Shown piece after piece: positions 35,287 to 36,331 of a stretch of 36,331 nucleotides of DNA; within the stretch, counting starts at the first letter, position 1, and every line of letters begins with the position of its first letter. Position numbers and translations under genes: made by a program. Under the pieces are notes generated by a model. It ran no database searches and was not told where the DNA came from. It saw nothing but the letters and a program-made list of their open reading frames with translations. The stretch is from IMG/VR virus record IMGVR_UViG_3300031519_006606, positions 1 through 36,331 of that record; one strand, 5' to 3'. Source of the stretch: a virus. Lineage: Duplodnaviria > Caudoviricetes.

Positions 35287-36331
35287 ATGATTTATAAAGA
35301 ACTTAAAATACTTATCCAAACACATAGCACATTGTACTATGATGATTATGCTCCTGAGATTACAGACGCAGAATTTGATCAACTGTATGATAAACTAGTA
35401 GCTATGGAATCCGCCCAAGGTTGGCGTGATCATGATTCTCCTACTTTCCGCGTTGGCGGTAAGGCAGGCAAAGTAACTCATCCCTATCCTTTATACTCAT
35501 TACGTAAAGTATATGATATTGAAGAAGTTGATGATTTTATGGATGTCAGACTTCCTAAAATTGATGGCACTAATCTTAGTTTAATCTATACTAATGGTAG
35601 ATTATCAACAGCATTAACTCGTGGTAATGGTGAGCGTGGAGAAGATGTTACACATCTTGTAGAAGGTATTACTAATATACCTACACGTATAGATACTCAT
35701 TTAGATGAAGTAGTAATTAATGGTGAGTGTGTAACTAATAATGAAGTAGATAACTTTAGAAACTATGTTAGTGGAGCACTCGGTCTTAAATCTGCTAAAG
35801 AATTTACAGAGCGTAATATTATATTTATTGCTCATGACTGGTTAGGTGCTCATTTTGGGTATAAAGCTCGTATGGAAATTGTTAAGAATATGGGATTCTT
35901 TACAGTAATGGAAGATGATGCATGGACCTACCCTATGGATGGTGTAGTATATCGTGCTGATTCTTACGCTAAATGTTTAAGATTAGGTTATACCTCTAAG
36001 TTTCCTAAATTTGCAGTAGCACTCAAAGAACGTGAGACAGAAACAGCTATTACTACTTTACAAGATGTATTATGGGTAGTAGGTAGAACTGGTACCGTTA
36101 ATCCTACAGCAGTTATTGATCCAGTAGTATTGGAAGATGCTACAATTTCTAGAGTTACTCTACATAATTTAGGTATTATTGAAGAACATAATCTTGGATT
36201 AGGTGACATGATCCAGATTGAACGTGCTGGCGGTGTTATTCCTAAGTTTCTTCGTGTAATCGAACACTCTAAGCACGGCATTAAGATAACTAAAAATCAT
36301 GCAGAAACTACCATTGGTATGGATACAAAGT
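35287..36331 (+). CDS. ligA: NAD-dependent DNA ligase, partial (runs off the right edge)
   Basis: Not in ORF track. MIYKELK...YY....PEITDAEFD.LY, SPT.RVGG, LYSL.K, KIDG, ALTRGNG..GEDVT, GE, DGVV, P.FAVA.K, VGRTG.V.P, TLHN, RAGGVIP. Confidence 0.95.
   Translation, partial: MIYKELKILIQTHSTLYYDDYAPEITDAEFDQLYDKLVAMESAQGWRDHDSPTFRVGGKAGKVTHPYPLYSLRKVYDIEEVDDFMDVRLPKIDGTNLSLIYTNGRLSTALTRGNGERGEDVTHLVEGITNIPTRIDTHLDEVVINGECVTNNEVDNFRNYVSGALGLKSAKEFTERNIIFIAHDWLGAHFGYKARMEIVKNMGFFTVMEDDAWTYPMDGVVYRADSYAKCLRLGYTSKFPKFAVALKERETETAITTLQDVLWVVGRTGTVNPTAVIDPVVLEDATISRVTLHNLGIIEEHNLGLGDMIQIERAGGVIPKFLRVIEHSKHGIKITKNHAETTIGMDTK

Noticed and set aside
5839-36281. Short shadow ORFs in the track (5839+, 12048-, 14836-, 20311-, 20364-, 24818-, 28441-, 30344-, 30599-, 31394-, 33074+, 33183-, 34246-, 34861-, 35988-)
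   Set aside because: They lie within or antisense to well-supported genes and have no recognisable motifs
1-36331. Apparent frequency of AGATCT/TCTAGA palindromes, and possible stop-codon recoding
   Set aside because: Enrichment cannot be judged without k-mer statistics; ORFs tile the window under the standard code, so recoding is not needed

Overview
AT-rich, gene-dense segment of what is most likely a large marine tailed dsDNA phage with an alphaproteobacterial host. The host call rests on a permuted two-piece tmRNA of alphaproteobacterial type and a GapR/DsbA-like protein. The phage call rests on a PD-(D/E)XK exonuclease, WYL_2/DUF2693-like, PC4-like, D3-like and DUF3310 proteins, and an NAD-dependent ligase in T5-like order. 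Genes run leftward from 1 to 9844 (one exception) and rightward from about 9903 to the end. Most of the window is a large modification-enzyme island: two DegT aminotransferases, three NAD-dependent sugar epimerase/dehydratases (one RmlB-like), WbqC, two hexapeptide acyltransferases, a beta-propeller glycosidase-like protein, four glycosyltransferases, three methyltransferases, a carbamoyltransferase, four SGNH-like, five sulfotransferase-like and six 2OG-Fe(II)/cupin oxygenase-type proteins. Embedded in it are a translation module (bS21 plus tmRNA) and a possible cofactor-supply module (IscA/HesB, and a TctA+TctC transporter without TctB). All family calls come from motif recognition by eye; no searches were run.
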